Origin: an uncultured Gemmatimonadales bacterium
GTDB taxonomy: Bacteria > Gemmatimonadota > Gemmatimonadetes > Longimicrobiales > RSA9
Direction of reading: 5' to 3'
Length of the DNA stretch: 64,000 bases
Assembly: GCA_963708135.1 (NCBI GenBank)
Contig: OY970192.1
Location: 256,001 to 320,000 of the forward strand
The position numbers and the translations under genes are program-made. Positions within the stretch are counted from its first letter, which is position 1. Every line of letters begins with the position of its first letter. The notes beneath the pieces were generated by a model, which saw only the letters and a program-made list of their open reading frames with translations, searched no databases and was not told the DNA's origin. Of the stretch, positions 18,428-27,700 are shown in pieces.

Positions 18428-18943
18428 TCAGGCCAGCCCGGGCAGAATCGCGCCCTCGAGCGCGAGCAGCCGGTCCTTCACGTCGATGCCGCCGCCGTAG
18501 CCCGCCAGCTTGCCATCGGCGCCGATCACGCGGTGGCACGGGATGACGATCGGGATCGGGTTGACGGCGTTGGCGCGCCCGACCGCCCGGGCGCCGGCCG
18601 GCCGGCCGAGCTCCACGGCCAGCGAGCCGTAGGTCCGCGTGTGGCCGTACGGGATGCGCAGCAGCGCGTCCCAGACCCGTTTCCTGAAGCCGGCGCCGCG
18701 CGGCCGCAGCGGCAGGCTGAACTCGCGCAGCTCGCCGCGGAAATAGGCGTCCAGCTGCGCGACGACGTCGGCGCACGCCGCGGCGCTCCACGCAACGTCG
18801 TCGCCGGAGGCACGGATGCCGGCGGCGAGCGCCTCCTCAGGCCCCGCGGCGTGGAAGTCGATGCGGACGAGACGGCGCTCATCGTCCACCGCGGCGAGCA
18901 GCGGGCCGATGGGGGTGTCGAAGCGGTGTGCGAGGAGCTTCAT
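18428..18943 (-). CDS. ogt: Methylated-DNA--protein-cysteine methyltransferase
   Basis: IPYGHTRTYG, ARAVGRANAVNPIPIVIPCHRVIG (PCHR active site). Confidence 0.95.
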   Translation of the reverse strand: MKLLAHRFDTPIGPLLAAVDDERRLVRIDFHAAGPEEALAAGIRASGDDVAWSAAACADVVAQLDAYFRGELREFSLPLRPRGAGFRKRVWDALLRIPYGHTRTYGSLAVELGRPAGARAVGRANAVNPIPIVIPCHRVIGADGKLAGYGGGIDVKDRLLALEGAILPGLA

Positions 18944-19974
18944 GGCTCGTCTCCCAGGCTCAGCCACAGGTGGTGCGTGGCCAGGCTGCGCCACGGCGCG
19001 AAGGGCGCCATGAGCGCACGCGTCTCCGCCGCGTCCGGCCGTTCGCTCAGCACGAAGAAGCGCCGCAGCGCCTCGCCCAGCCCCGAATCGCCGACCGGCA
19101 CGCGGTCCGGCAAGCCCACGCCGCGCATGAGGATGTAGTTCGCCGACCACGGGCCGATCCCGCGCACCGCCAGCAGCGCCGCCTCCCCGGCCGCTTCAGC
19201 CGACGCCGCCGCCGACTCGCCGCCGGCGCGCTCCGGCCCCACGCCGGCCCGGCCGCCGCCGGGCGTTCCAACCGGCGTCGAAGGCCGTCCATCGGGGCGT
19301 GCCGTGCCAACCGCGCGCGCGAGGCTCTCGAGGTCCAGCGTCCCGGCCGCGACCAGCCGGGCCGCGCCCACCAGGTACTCGGCCTTACGTCTCGAGAAGC
19401 GACGCCGCGCCAGGTCCGCGGGGTCGAGCGCGGCCACGGCCGCGGGCGTCGGATGCGCCCGCCAGCCGTCACCGGCGTCCGCGCCCGCGAGCTCGATCAC
19501 CTCGCGCCGGAGCGCGGCCGCGAAGGCGAGGTTGACCTGCTGGCCGATGATCGACCAGCACAGCGCCTCGAACACGCTGCCGTTGAGCGGCATCCGCAGT
19601 CCCCGCCGCCCGCGCACGAGCGGCGCGAGCCGGGCGTCGCGCGCCACGCGACGCTCGAAGGCGGTGGGATCCAGTCCGAGGCCGAGCACCCGCGCGGCGA
19701 GCACGCGTGCCTCGGGCTCGGCGCGCAGCGGCAGCGCGCGGCGGGCGAGGATGCGGCAGCGGGCGGCGTCGCCATCCAGCTCGATCTCGAGACGCGCGGG
19801 AATCCCGGCCAGCAGCGCCACCTTGACCGCGCACCGTCCGTCCGCCCGCTCCGTCGGGCTCAGGGGGTCGCGTCCGAGGTAGCGGAGTGGCACCTCCGCC
19901 CGGTAGCCGCGCGGCAGCTCGAGCGTGAAGGCTCGCGCGCGGGCGCGAGCCGCCGTGCCGGCGTTGTTGGTCAT
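18940..19974 (-). CDS. alkA: DNA-3-methyladenine glycosylase II (AlkA family)
   Basis: FEALCWSIIGQQVNL, HhH motif LLAVRGIGPWSANY, PVGDSGL, FAPWRSLATHHLW. ATGA-coupled to ogt. Confidence 0.9.
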   Translation of the reverse strand: MTNNAGTAARARARAFTLELPRGYRAEVPLRYLGRDPLSPTERADGRCAVKVALLAGIPARLEIELDGDAARCRILARRALPLRAEPEARVLAARVLGLGLDPTAFERRVARDARLAPLVRGRRGLRMPLNGSVFEALCWSIIGQQVNLAFAAALRREVIELAGADAGDGWRAHPTPAAVAALDPADLARRRFSRRKAEYLVGAARLVAAGTLDLESLARAVGTARPDGRPSTPVGTPGGGRAGVGPERAGGESAAASAEAAGEAALLAVRGIGPWSANYILMRGVGLPDRVPVGDSGLGEALRRFFVLSERPDAAETRALMAPFAPWRSLATHHLWLSLGDEP

Positions 19975-20422
19975 CATGCCAACATAACACGCCCCCCGCC
20001 CGCCGCGTTCGCGTGCCCCCGTCCGTGCCCGCGGCCCTGACCCTGCCCCGTATTGCCTGTCGGTCTCCGCCCGTCCGCGTGCCCTGCCGTTCACCGCGCC
20101 GTTCGTTCCGACGGTCAGGCAGGGTTCACGGGTGGGGCTCCGTACTGTGCGCCGCCTCGTTCCGGTTGCAGGACCCGCCACTCGAGCGTAGCGGGCGCGC
20201 GACGGGCGGGTTTTGCACGCCCGGCCGGCACAACCCGGCCCTCGATGCTCCGCGGGAAATCGAGAGGCGGATTGTGACTGCCATCCATGCACAACCCGGC
20301 TTTCGGTCTGCGGGCCGCGACGAGAGGTGCCGCACGTGCGGCCGGCTGACCCCCTCCGCGGCCCCTGCCCGTGCCTCGTGCCCGCCCCCGTGCCCCTCCC
20401 GCCGTACCCCGTCGGGTCCCTA

Positions 20423-20482
20423 CCCTCACCCTCACCCTCACCCCCAATCCCACCCCCACCCTCACCCCCACCCTCACCCTCG
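20423..20482. repeat. (CCCTCA/CCCCCA)10 hexamer tract
   Basis: Ten in-register, partly degenerate hexamers read directly from the sequence. Confidence 0.9.
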
Positions 20483-20609
20483 CAGTCAAGTAAGGATTCC
20501 CCCCGCTCACTTTCCTGGAAAGCCCCGACACCGCGCGGTGTGGCAACCGGCAACTTGGAGGCGTGGCGCGATGAGGCGCCCCGCAACCGAACGACGACGA
20601 GGTCGAGCG

Positions 20610-20993
20610 ATGATGGGCATGGAGCAGTCGGAGCCGCGCGTCGGAGGGCTGGCCTGGACGAGGCGCCTGCGCTGGGCCTGGGTGCAGGGGCCGCAGGTGC
20701 GCGACCGCTACGGGGTGAAGGAGGCGATGGTCGGGCGTCCCGAGCCGCTGGCGGTGCGTCGCCTCCCCGAGGCGGGGCAGTGCGCCGAGTGCGGCGAGGA
20801 GCTTCCCCGCCGGGCGATGGTGGGCGTGAGCGCGGGCGGTGCCGCCTACTGTGGCGCCTGCCTGACCACGACGCGCCCGGAGCCGGAGGTCCGGATCGAG
20901 TCGGAGGAAGGCGTGCGCGTGCTGGTCGGCGCCGGCGCGCCAATGCCGCGCGACCCGGGCTGCATCCGCGGCAGGATCGGACGCGTCGCGTAA
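20610..20993 (+). CDS. Small hypothetical protein with two CxxC pairs (possible zinc finger)
   Basis: GAGG upstream of the start; CAECG and CGAC motifs; host-like codon usage. Confidence 0.6.
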   Translation: MMGMEQSEPRVGGLAWTRRLRWAWVQGPQVRDRYGVKEAMVGRPEPLAVRRLPEAGQCAECGEELPRRAMVGVSAGGAAYCGACLTTTRPEPEVRIESEEGVRVLVGAGAPMPRDPGCIRGRIGRVA

Positions 20994-21040
20994 GATACTT
21001 TGGCGCGCCGGCCGCCGCGCCGGTCGCCGCGCCGGCCACC

Positions 21041-21088
21041 GCTCCACCGCTCCACCGCTCCACCGCTCCACCGCTCCGCCGCTCCACC
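21041..21088. repeat. (GCTCCACC)6 octamer tandem repeat
   Basis: Five perfect units plus one GCTCCGCC variant. Confidence 0.92.
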
Positions 21089-21199
21089 GACGCCCGGGTT
21101 TACCGCACCTGCCCGCGCCGCTAGATTTGCGCGTCGCCTCGCGGAGCCCCGCGGGTGCGCCAGCCCGGGCCGGCTGCCGCCGCTCCCGGCCGGGCAACC

Positions 21200-21272
21200 G
21201 GGGCGTTAGCTCAGTTGGGAGAGCGTCTGGTTTGCAACCAGAAGGTCACCGGTTCGAGCCCGGTACGCTCCA
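21200..21272 (+). tRNA. tRNA-Ala(TGC), CCA not encoded
   Basis: Acceptor GGGGCGT/ACGCTCC with G3-U70; D-arm GCTC..GAGC; anticodon arm TCTGG-TTTGCAA-CCAGA; T-arm ACCGG-TTCGAGC-CCGGT. Confidence 0.97.
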
Positions 21273-21568
21273 TTTCCCCGAGGTCCCTCCCCGCTGGACT
21301 GCCTGTCGCCAGGCGCAGCGGGAGCTCGCTTCCCGAGGGCCCGTCCTGACGCCCGGCGGCGTCGCTGGCAGCAACGCTCCCCTGGCGGCGCTATGGCGCG
21401 GGAGATCCCCGCCGTCGACGCTCTTCGATCCTCCGCAGGTCCCTCCGCTCCGTTGTCCGCCTCGCCTGGGCCGGCCTCCGCGCATTCGGTAAGATCATTG
21501 ACAAAATCGCGGCGGCATCGAGAAATGGGCGGCGGGCGGACGCGGGTGGGGCGCAGGAGAGGAGTCGG

Positions 21569-22789
21569 ATGCGAAAGATCAACACGCGCAGCTTCCGCCG
21601 GGCGACCCGCAGCACGGCGCGGGAGGTGAACCGCCAGATCGTGCTGAACCTGGTGCGGGAGCACCAGCCGGTCTCGCGGGCGGAGCTGGCGCGGCTGCTG
21701 GACGTGGCGCGGGGGTCGGTGACGCCGCTGGTGAAGGCGCTGCTAGCGGACGATCTGATCTACGAGCGCTCGAGCGGGGCCACGGCGCGGGGGCGGCGGC
21801 CGAAGCTGCTGTACGTGCGGACGCGGGACCGTCTGGCCGTGGGGATCGACGTGCGCTCGAGCGGGACCTCGATCCTGCTGGGCGACTTCTCGGGGCGCCA
21901 GATCGCGCGCGAGACAATGGCGACGCCGGCCTCGGCGGAGGCGCTCGTGGCGCAGCTGGTCGCCCACGTGCGGCGGCTGCTGCGCGAGTTCGGCGATCAC
22001 GGCGAGTGCGAGGGGGTCGGGCTGGTGGTGCCGGGGATGGTGGACCGGAGCACGGGGGTGGTGCTGAACGCGCCGACCGTGGGCTGGCGCGAGGTGGACC
22101 TGCGCGGTGCCCTCGCCGCGGAGCTGGATCTGCCGGTGCACATCGACCGCGACGCCGTCGCCTGCGCGATGGCCCATATGTGGCTCAGCCACCCGGGCGG
22201 GGACGCCGCCGACAACTTCGTCTATCTCACCGTCTCGGACGGCGTCGGCACCAGCCTCGTCGTCGGCGGCGCCGTGCTGCGCGGATTCTGGAGCACTGCC
22301 GGCGAGTTCGGCCACCTGCCGATCAGCCTCGACGGCCCGCAGTGCGCCTGCGGCGCCCGCGGCTGCCTCGAGGCGTACGCGTCCAACCTCGCCACCGTCG
22401 CGCGTTATTTGGGCAGGGACCTCGCCTCACACGACGCATACGCGGCCGTTCGGGAGGCCGGCACAGGCATCGCCGACGTCATCGCGCGCGCCCGGTCCGG
22501 CGATGCCGCTGCCGTCTGGGCGCTCTGGGAGACCGGCCGCTACCTCGGCATCGGCATCGCCAACATCATCAACTCCGTCAGCCCCGCGCGCGTCGTCGTG
22601 GGCGGCGAGATCACCGGGGCCTGGGACCTCATCGAGCGCGCCGTCGCCGACTCGATCCGCGCCCGCGCCCTCACCGGCGCGTCCGCCGCCACCCCGATCG
22701 TGGTGGAGAGAGGCGAGGACGCGCTCCGCCTGCGCGGCGCGTCGGCGCTCGTGCTCGCCCCGGTGTTCGTGGCGCCGGAGGTGGCGTGA
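21569..22789 (+). CDS. ROK family transcriptional repressor (NagC/XylR/Mlc-like)
   Basis: N-terminal wHTH (QPVSRAELAR, RGRRP) and ROK motif GEFGHLPI..GPQCACGARGCLE. Confidence 0.93.
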   Translation: MRKINTRSFRRATRSTAREVNRQIVLNLVREHQPVSRAELARLLDVARGSVTPLVKALLADDLIYERSSGATARGRRPKLLYVRTRDRLAVGIDVRSSGTSILLGDFSGRQIARETMATPASAEALVAQLVAHVRRLLREFGDHGECEGVGLVVPGMVDRSTGVVLNAPTVGWREVDLRGALAAELDLPVHIDRDAVACAMAHMWLSHPGGDAADNFVYLTVSDGVGTSLVVGGAVLRGFWSTAGEFGHLPISLDGPQCACGARGCLEAYASNLATVARYLGRDLASHDAYAAVREAGTGIADVIARARSGDAAAVWALWETGRYLGIGIANIINSVSPARVVVGGEITGAWDLIERAVADSIRARALTGASAATPIVVERGEDALRLRGASALVLAPVFVAPEVA

Positions 22790-22915
22790 CGGCCGCGTCC
22801 GCAGAACGGGCGACGCGCGGCCTGTCCGCGGCCGGATCCCGGCGGTGGCCGCGTGGCCGTCCGGGTCGGGGCCAGCCCCGGTCCGGACCTCGCTTCGTGG
22901 CGATTGACGAGTTTG

Positions 22916-22944
22916 TTGACAAAATCATGGCCGGTCATTAGACA
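22916..22944 (+). promoter_or_regulatory. Putative susC promoter/operator
   Basis: TTGACA, 17 nt, TAGACA. The 11-mer TTGACAAAATC also occurs at 21498-21508 upstream of the ROK gene. Confidence 0.5.
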
Positions 22945-23013
22945 GAGACCCTGATTCCACCGACTCCGGATCAGTCAACGCGCCGGAGCGTCGTTGAACT
23001 CACAACCTACGAG

Positions 23014-25983
23014 ATGGCGCCTATGGGACGGGTACGATGCATCATCGGAGCGCTCCTGGCGGTTGTGTGGATTGCGCCGCTGGGGGCGCAGACGCCGGGT
23101 GGCACGATTCAGGGCCGCGTGACGGAAAGCGCGACGAAGGAGCCGCTGTCGGGGGTCGTGGTCACGGCCGGTAATCACGGAGCCTTGACGGATCAGGACG
23201 GGCGCTACGCGCTGGCGAACCTGCCGGCGGGGACGTACACGGTGAAGACGAGCATGCTGGGGTATGGCGAGGCGAGCAAGACGGTGACGGTGGCGGCGGG
23301 GCAGACGGTGGAGGCGGATTTCGCGTTGACGACAGAGGCGGTGAGCCTGTCGCAGCTGGTGGTCGTGGGGTACGGCCAGCAGCGGGCGGGGAACATCACG
23401 GGCGCGGTGAAGCAGGTGAATGCGAGTGAGTTCAACAAGGGGCGGATCGTGAGCCCGGAGGAGCTGATCGAGAGCAAGATCGCGGGCGTGCAGGTGGTGG
23501 ACGACAACGCGCCGGGCGGCGGGCTGTCGATCCGGATCCGCGGCGCGACATCGATCAATGCGAGCAGCGATCCGCTGTACGTGGTGGACGGCGTGCCGGT
23601 GGGGACGGGCTCGGGGGGCGGGCTGTCGCCGGCAGGGCGCGATGCACTGAACTTCCTGAATCCGAACGACATCGAGAGCATCACGGTGCTGAAGGATGCA
23701 GCGTCGGCGGCGATCTACGGCGCGAACGCGGCGAACGGCGTGGTGCTGATCCAGACGAAGTCGGGAGCGCGGGCGCCGAGCTTCACGTACAGCACGAGCA
23801 TGTCGGCCGCGTCGGTGACGCGGGTGCCGGAGGTGCTCACGGCGGCGCAGTTCCGTTCGGCGGTGCAGCAGTACGCGCCGGACCGGGTGTCGATGCTGGG
23901 GAATGCGAACACGGACTGGTTCAACCTGATCGACCGCACGGCGTACGGGCAGGAGCACAACCTGGCGATCGCGGGGGCCGGGGCGCACAACGACTATCGT
24001 CTGTCCTTCGGCTACCTGAACCAGGATGGCGTGATCAGGGGCAGCTCCACGGACCGTCTCTCGCTGGGACTGAACTTCGACCAGCGGTTGCTGAGCGACA
24101 ACCTGGATCTGCGCGCGAACGTGCTGGGCGCGCGGACAAAGGACGTTTTCACGGCGGGTGACGTGCTGGGGAACGCCGTTGGCATGGCGCCGACGCAGCC
24201 GGTCTACGACCCGAACGCGCAGACGGGCTACTGGGACTGGCAGACGACGGGCGCCTCGGCGAGCAACCCGCTGGCGAGCCTGAACCTGTCAACCGACCAG
24301 GGCGCGACGTGGCGCAGCGTCGGCAACCTGCAGGCGGAGTACCACCTGCCGTTCCTGGAGGCGCTGAAGGCGCACGTCAGCGTGGCGTACGACGTGGGGA
24401 AGGTCAACCGGCAGACGTTCATCCCGAACGACCTGGCCAGCCAGGAACGGCAGGGGCATGGCCGGATCACGCTGGTGAACAACACGCAGACGAACACGGT
24501 CCTCCAGTCGTACCTGAACTACAACGCCGCGCTCGGCGCCGTGCCGGGCACCATCGACCTGACGGGCGGCTACTCCTACAACGAGTCGCACGGCGAGTAT
24601 CCGTTCTTCCAGGAGACAGGGCTCGACAGCAACCTGCTCGGCGTCAACGGGATTGCGACGGCTACCACGTTGCAGCCGGGCAAGAGCGTGGTGGACAGCA
24701 AGCTGATCTCCTTCTTCGGGCGCGCGAACTACAACCTGAAGGACCGCTACCTGCTGGCTTTCAGCCTTCGGCGCGACGGCTCGTCGCGCTTCGGTCCCGG
24801 GAACCAGTGGGGGCTCTTCCCCGCCGCGTCGGCGGCGTGGCGCATCTCGGAGGAGCCCTTCATGAAGGGCCTTACGGCGCTCTCCGACCTGAAGCTGCGC
24901 GGCTCGTGGGGGAAGACGGGCAACCAGGCGTTCGCGGACTACCAGCAGTACGCGACCTACACGTACAGCAATCCGCAGGCGGAGTATCAGTTCGGCAACA
25001 ACTTCGTCAGCACGATCCGGCCGAGCGCGGTGGACCCGAACATCAAATGGGAGCAGACGAACTCCTACGACCTGGGCATCGACTACGGCTTCTTCAACCA
25101 GCGCGTCAACGGCTCTCTCGACTGGTACACGAAGAAGACGACGGACCTGATCTTCACGGTCCCGGTTCCCGCCGGCACGAACTACTCGAATTACCTCACC
25201 ACGAACATCGGCAGCATGCAGAACAAGGGGATCGAGCTGAGCCTCAGCGCGAACGTGCTGAAGGGCGGCGAGGGTCGGCTCGGCTGGACGGCTGACTTCA
25301 CCGCGTCGCACAACGCGAACCAGCTGCTCAGCATCACGCGCGCGGGCTCGCAGCTGATCCAGGTCGGCGGTGTCTCGGGCGGCGTGGGCACGACGATCCA
25401 GGCGCTCGAGCCCGGGCAGCCGATCAACTCCTTCTACGTCTGCCCGCAGTACTACCAGGACGGCAAGCCGGTGGAAGGCAAGTACGTGAGCCTGGCGGAC
25501 ACGGTCGCCTCGATCTGCAACTCGGCCAGCCTGCGGGCGTACCACGACCCGGCGCCCAGCTGGATGCTGGGTCACTCGTCGTACTTCACCCTCGGGCACT
25601 TCGACCTGGACATGACACTGCGGGCGTACCTGGGCAACTACGTCTACAACAACGTGGCCTCGCAGGGTGCCTACCAGTCGCTCACCACCGGCGGCTCGCC
25701 CTCGAACGTATCCACGTCGGTGCTCAAGACGGGTTTCGTGGTCCCGCAGTACCTGTCGGACTTCTACGTGGAGAGCGGGTCGTTCCTGCGCATGGACAAC
25801 GCGACGATCGGGTACTCGTTCCACTACCGCGACCAGCCGGTCCGGCTGTATCTCTCGGTGCAGAACGCGTTCACCCTCACGGGCTACAGCGGCGTCGATC
25901 CAACGGCCGGGCTGAACGGGATCGACAACAACATCTACCCGCGCTCGCGCACCGTCACCGGCGGCCTGAGCGTCCAGTTCTAG
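23014..25983 (+). CDS. susC: SusC/RagA family TonB-dependent outer membrane transporter (starch locus)
   Basis: CarboxypepD-reg-like N-terminus, VVVGYG, plug motifs PLYVVDGVP and NPNDIESITVLKDAASAAIYG, IKWEQT, C-terminal Phe. Confidence 0.95.
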   Translation: MAPMGRVRCIIGALLAVVWIAPLGAQTPGGTIQGRVTESATKEPLSGVVVTAGNHGALTDQDGRYALANLPAGTYTVKTSMLGYGEASKTVTVAAGQTVEADFALTTEAVSLSQLVVVGYGQQRAGNITGAVKQVNASEFNKGRIVSPEELIESKIAGVQVVDDNAPGGGLSIRIRGATSINASSDPLYVVDGVPVGTGSGGGLSPAGRDALNFLNPNDIESITVLKDAASAAIYGANAANGVVLIQTKSGARAPSFTYSTSMSAASVTRVPEVLTAAQFRSAVQQYAPDRVSMLGNANTDWFNLIDRTAYGQEHNLAIAGAGAHNDYRLSFGYLNQDGVIRGSSTDRLSLGLNFDQRLLSDNLDLRANVLGARTKDVFTAGDVLGNAVGMAPTQPVYDPNAQTGYWDWQTTGASASNPLASLNLSTDQGATWRSVGNLQAEYHLPFLEALKAHVSVAYDVGKVNRQTFIPNDLASQERQGHGRITLVNNTQTNTVLQSYLNYNAALGAVPGTIDLTGGYSYNESHGEYPFFQETGLDSNLLGVNGIATATTLQPGKSVVDSKLISFFGRANYNLKDRYLLAFSLRRDGSSRFGPGNQWGLFPAASAAWRISEEPFMKGLTALSDLKLRGSWGKTGNQAFADYQQYATYTYSNPQAEYQFGNNFVSTIRPSAVDPNIKWEQTNSYDLGIDYGFFNQRVNGSLDWYTKKTTDLIFTVPVPAGTNYSNYLTTNIGSMQNKGIELSLSANVLKGGEGRLGWTADFTASHNANQLLSITRAGSQLIQVGGVSGGVGTTIQALEPGQPINSFYVCPQYYQDGKPVEGKYVSLADTVASICNSASLRAYHDPAPSWMLGHSSYFTLGHFDLDMTLRAYLGNYVYNNVASQGAYQSLTTGGSPSNVSTSVLKTGFVVPQYLSDFYVESGSFLRMDNATIGYSFHYRDQPVRLYLSVQNAFTLTGYSGVDPTAGLNGIDNNIYPRSRTVTGGLSVQF

Positions 25984-25991
25984 GAGGGTCC

Positions 25992-27575
25992 ATGAGCCTC
26001 AGAGCACTCAAGGCGCCTGCAGCACTGGCGATCGGGCTGCTGGTCCTGGCAGCCGTAGGCTGTACGGACCCGACGGTGCAGCCGAAGAGCACGGTGACCG
26101 GCGCCAACGTCTTCAACGATCCGAGCAGCTATGAGTATCTGCTGGCCCGGGTCTACGCGGGGCTGGCCGTGAGCGGCCAGCAGGGGCCTGCCGGCAACGC
26201 CGACATCCAGGGCATCGACGAGGGCTTCTCCCAGTATCTCCGCCTGTACTGGGAGTGCGAGGAGCTGCCGACGGACGAGGCCATCATCGCCTGGAACGAC
26301 ATCGGGCTTCCCGAGATGAACACGCTGACCTGGACCTCGTCCAGCCGCATGGTGGTGGCGATGTACTACCGGATCTACGTACAGGCCATGATGGCGAACG
26401 ACTTCCTGCGCGAGACCTCGGCCGACGCGCTGGCCTCGCGGGGCGCCATCTCGCCGACGCTGAAGGCGAAGATCGGGCAGTACCGGGCGGAGGCGCGCTT
26501 CCTCCGGGCGCTCAGCTACTGGCACGCCATCGACCTGTTCGGCAACGTGCCGCTCGTCACCGAGAACGATCCGGTCGGCGGCGCGCCCCCCGCGCAGGCC
26601 ACGCGGCAGGAGATCTACGATTACGTCGTGCAGGAGCTGACGGCCATCCGCGACTCGCTGCCGCAGCCCGGCCCGGACACCTACGGCCGGGCCACGACGC
26701 AGGCCGCCAACATGTTGCTCGCCGAGGTCTACCTGAATGGCGGCGTCTACACGGGGACGGATCACTACACGGAGGCGCTCAACGCCGTGCAGGACGTCAT
26801 CGGCTCGGGCCAGTACAGCCTGGACCCGAACTACCGCCACCTGTTCATGGCGGACAACAACACCTCGCCGGAGATCATCTTCGCCATCACGCAGGACGGG
26901 AAGCACACGCAGACGTACGGCGGGGTGACCTTCCTGGCCCATGCCGCCTGCGGCGGGAACATGTCCGCCGGCAGCTACGGCATCGACTACTGCTGGGGCG
27001 GCACGCGCCTGAAGCCGCAGGCGTATGACTTCTACGCCCCCGGCGACGGGCGGGCGTCCTACTTCCACACCGACGGCCAGAGCGTCGGGGTGGCCGACAT
27101 CGGCAGCTTCAACGACGGCATTGCCGCGCCCAAGTTCACCAACGTCAACTCGCTCGGACAGCAGGGCTCGGACCCGACGTTCGTGGACACGGACTTCCCG
27201 ATGTTCCGGCTGGGCGAGGCCTACCTGATCTACGCGGAGGCCGTGGTGCGGGGCGCCGGCGGCAGCATGGACCAGGCGGTCGCCTACATCAACAAGCTGC
27301 GCGAGCGGGCGTACGGCAACACCAGCGGCGACATCACGGCCGCCCAGCTCACGCTCCCCTTCATCCTGGCCGAGCGCGGCCGCGAGCTCCTGTGGGAGGC
27401 GCATCGCCGCACGGACCTCATCCGCTTCGGCGAGTTCACGGGCGGGGACTACCTGTGGGCCTGGAAGGGTGGTGTCGAGGCAGGCACTTCCGTCCCCGCC
27501 ACCATGAACCTCTACCCGCTCCCGGAGTCCGAGCTGGTGGCGAACCCGAACCTGACGCAGAACCCGGGCTATTGA
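25992..27575 (+). CDS. susD: SusD family maltooligosaccharide-binding lipoprotein
   Basis: Lipobox AAVGC. ELPTDEA, EARFLRALSYW, DTDFPMFRLGE and ERGRELLWEAHRRTDLIRFG..FTGGDYLWAWKGG resemble starch-type SusD. Confidence 0.93.
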   Translation: MSLRALKAPAALAIGLLVLAAVGCTDPTVQPKSTVTGANVFNDPSSYEYLLARVYAGLAVSGQQGPAGNADIQGIDEGFSQYLRLYWECEELPTDEAIIAWNDIGLPEMNTLTWTSSSRMVVAMYYRIYVQAMMANDFLRETSADALASRGAISPTLKAKIGQYRAEARFLRALSYWHAIDLFGNVPLVTENDPVGGAPPAQATRQEIYDYVVQELTAIRDSLPQPGPDTYGRATTQAANMLLAEVYLNGGVYTGTDHYTEALNAVQDVIGSGQYSLDPNYRHLFMADNNTSPEIIFAITQDGKHTQTYGGVTFLAHAACGGNMSAGSYGIDYCWGGTRLKPQAYDFYAPGDGRASYFHTDGQSVGVADIGSFNDGIAAPKFTNVNSLGQQGSDPTFVDTDFPMFRLGEAYLIYAEAVVRGAGGSMDQAVAYINKLRERAYGNTSGDITAAQLTLPFILAERGRELLWEAHRRTDLIRFGEFTGGDYLWAWKGGVEAGTSVPATMNLYPLPESELVANPNLTQNPGY

Positions 27576-27635
27576 ACGGGCCGGATCGGGCTTTTCCCGG
27601 GCTCTCTCGCTCTTCCCTCGGGCCGAGCCGCTCGA

Positions 27636-27671
27636 GGGGAGAGTGGGAGAGCGGGGGAGTGGGGGAGTGGG
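27636..27671 (+). repeat. G-rich octamer array
   Basis: GGGGAGAGTGGGAGAGCGGGGGAGTGGGGGAGTGGG between susD and the amylase gene. Confidence 0.85.
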
Positions 27672-27700
27672 TGATCTGCCGGGTGGCGCAGGTGCGCGGC

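Noticed and set aside
21041..21088. Chi-site cluster
   Set aside because: GCTCCACC / GGTGGAGC does not match E. coli Chi (GCTGGTGG), and Chi for this lineage is unknown to me.
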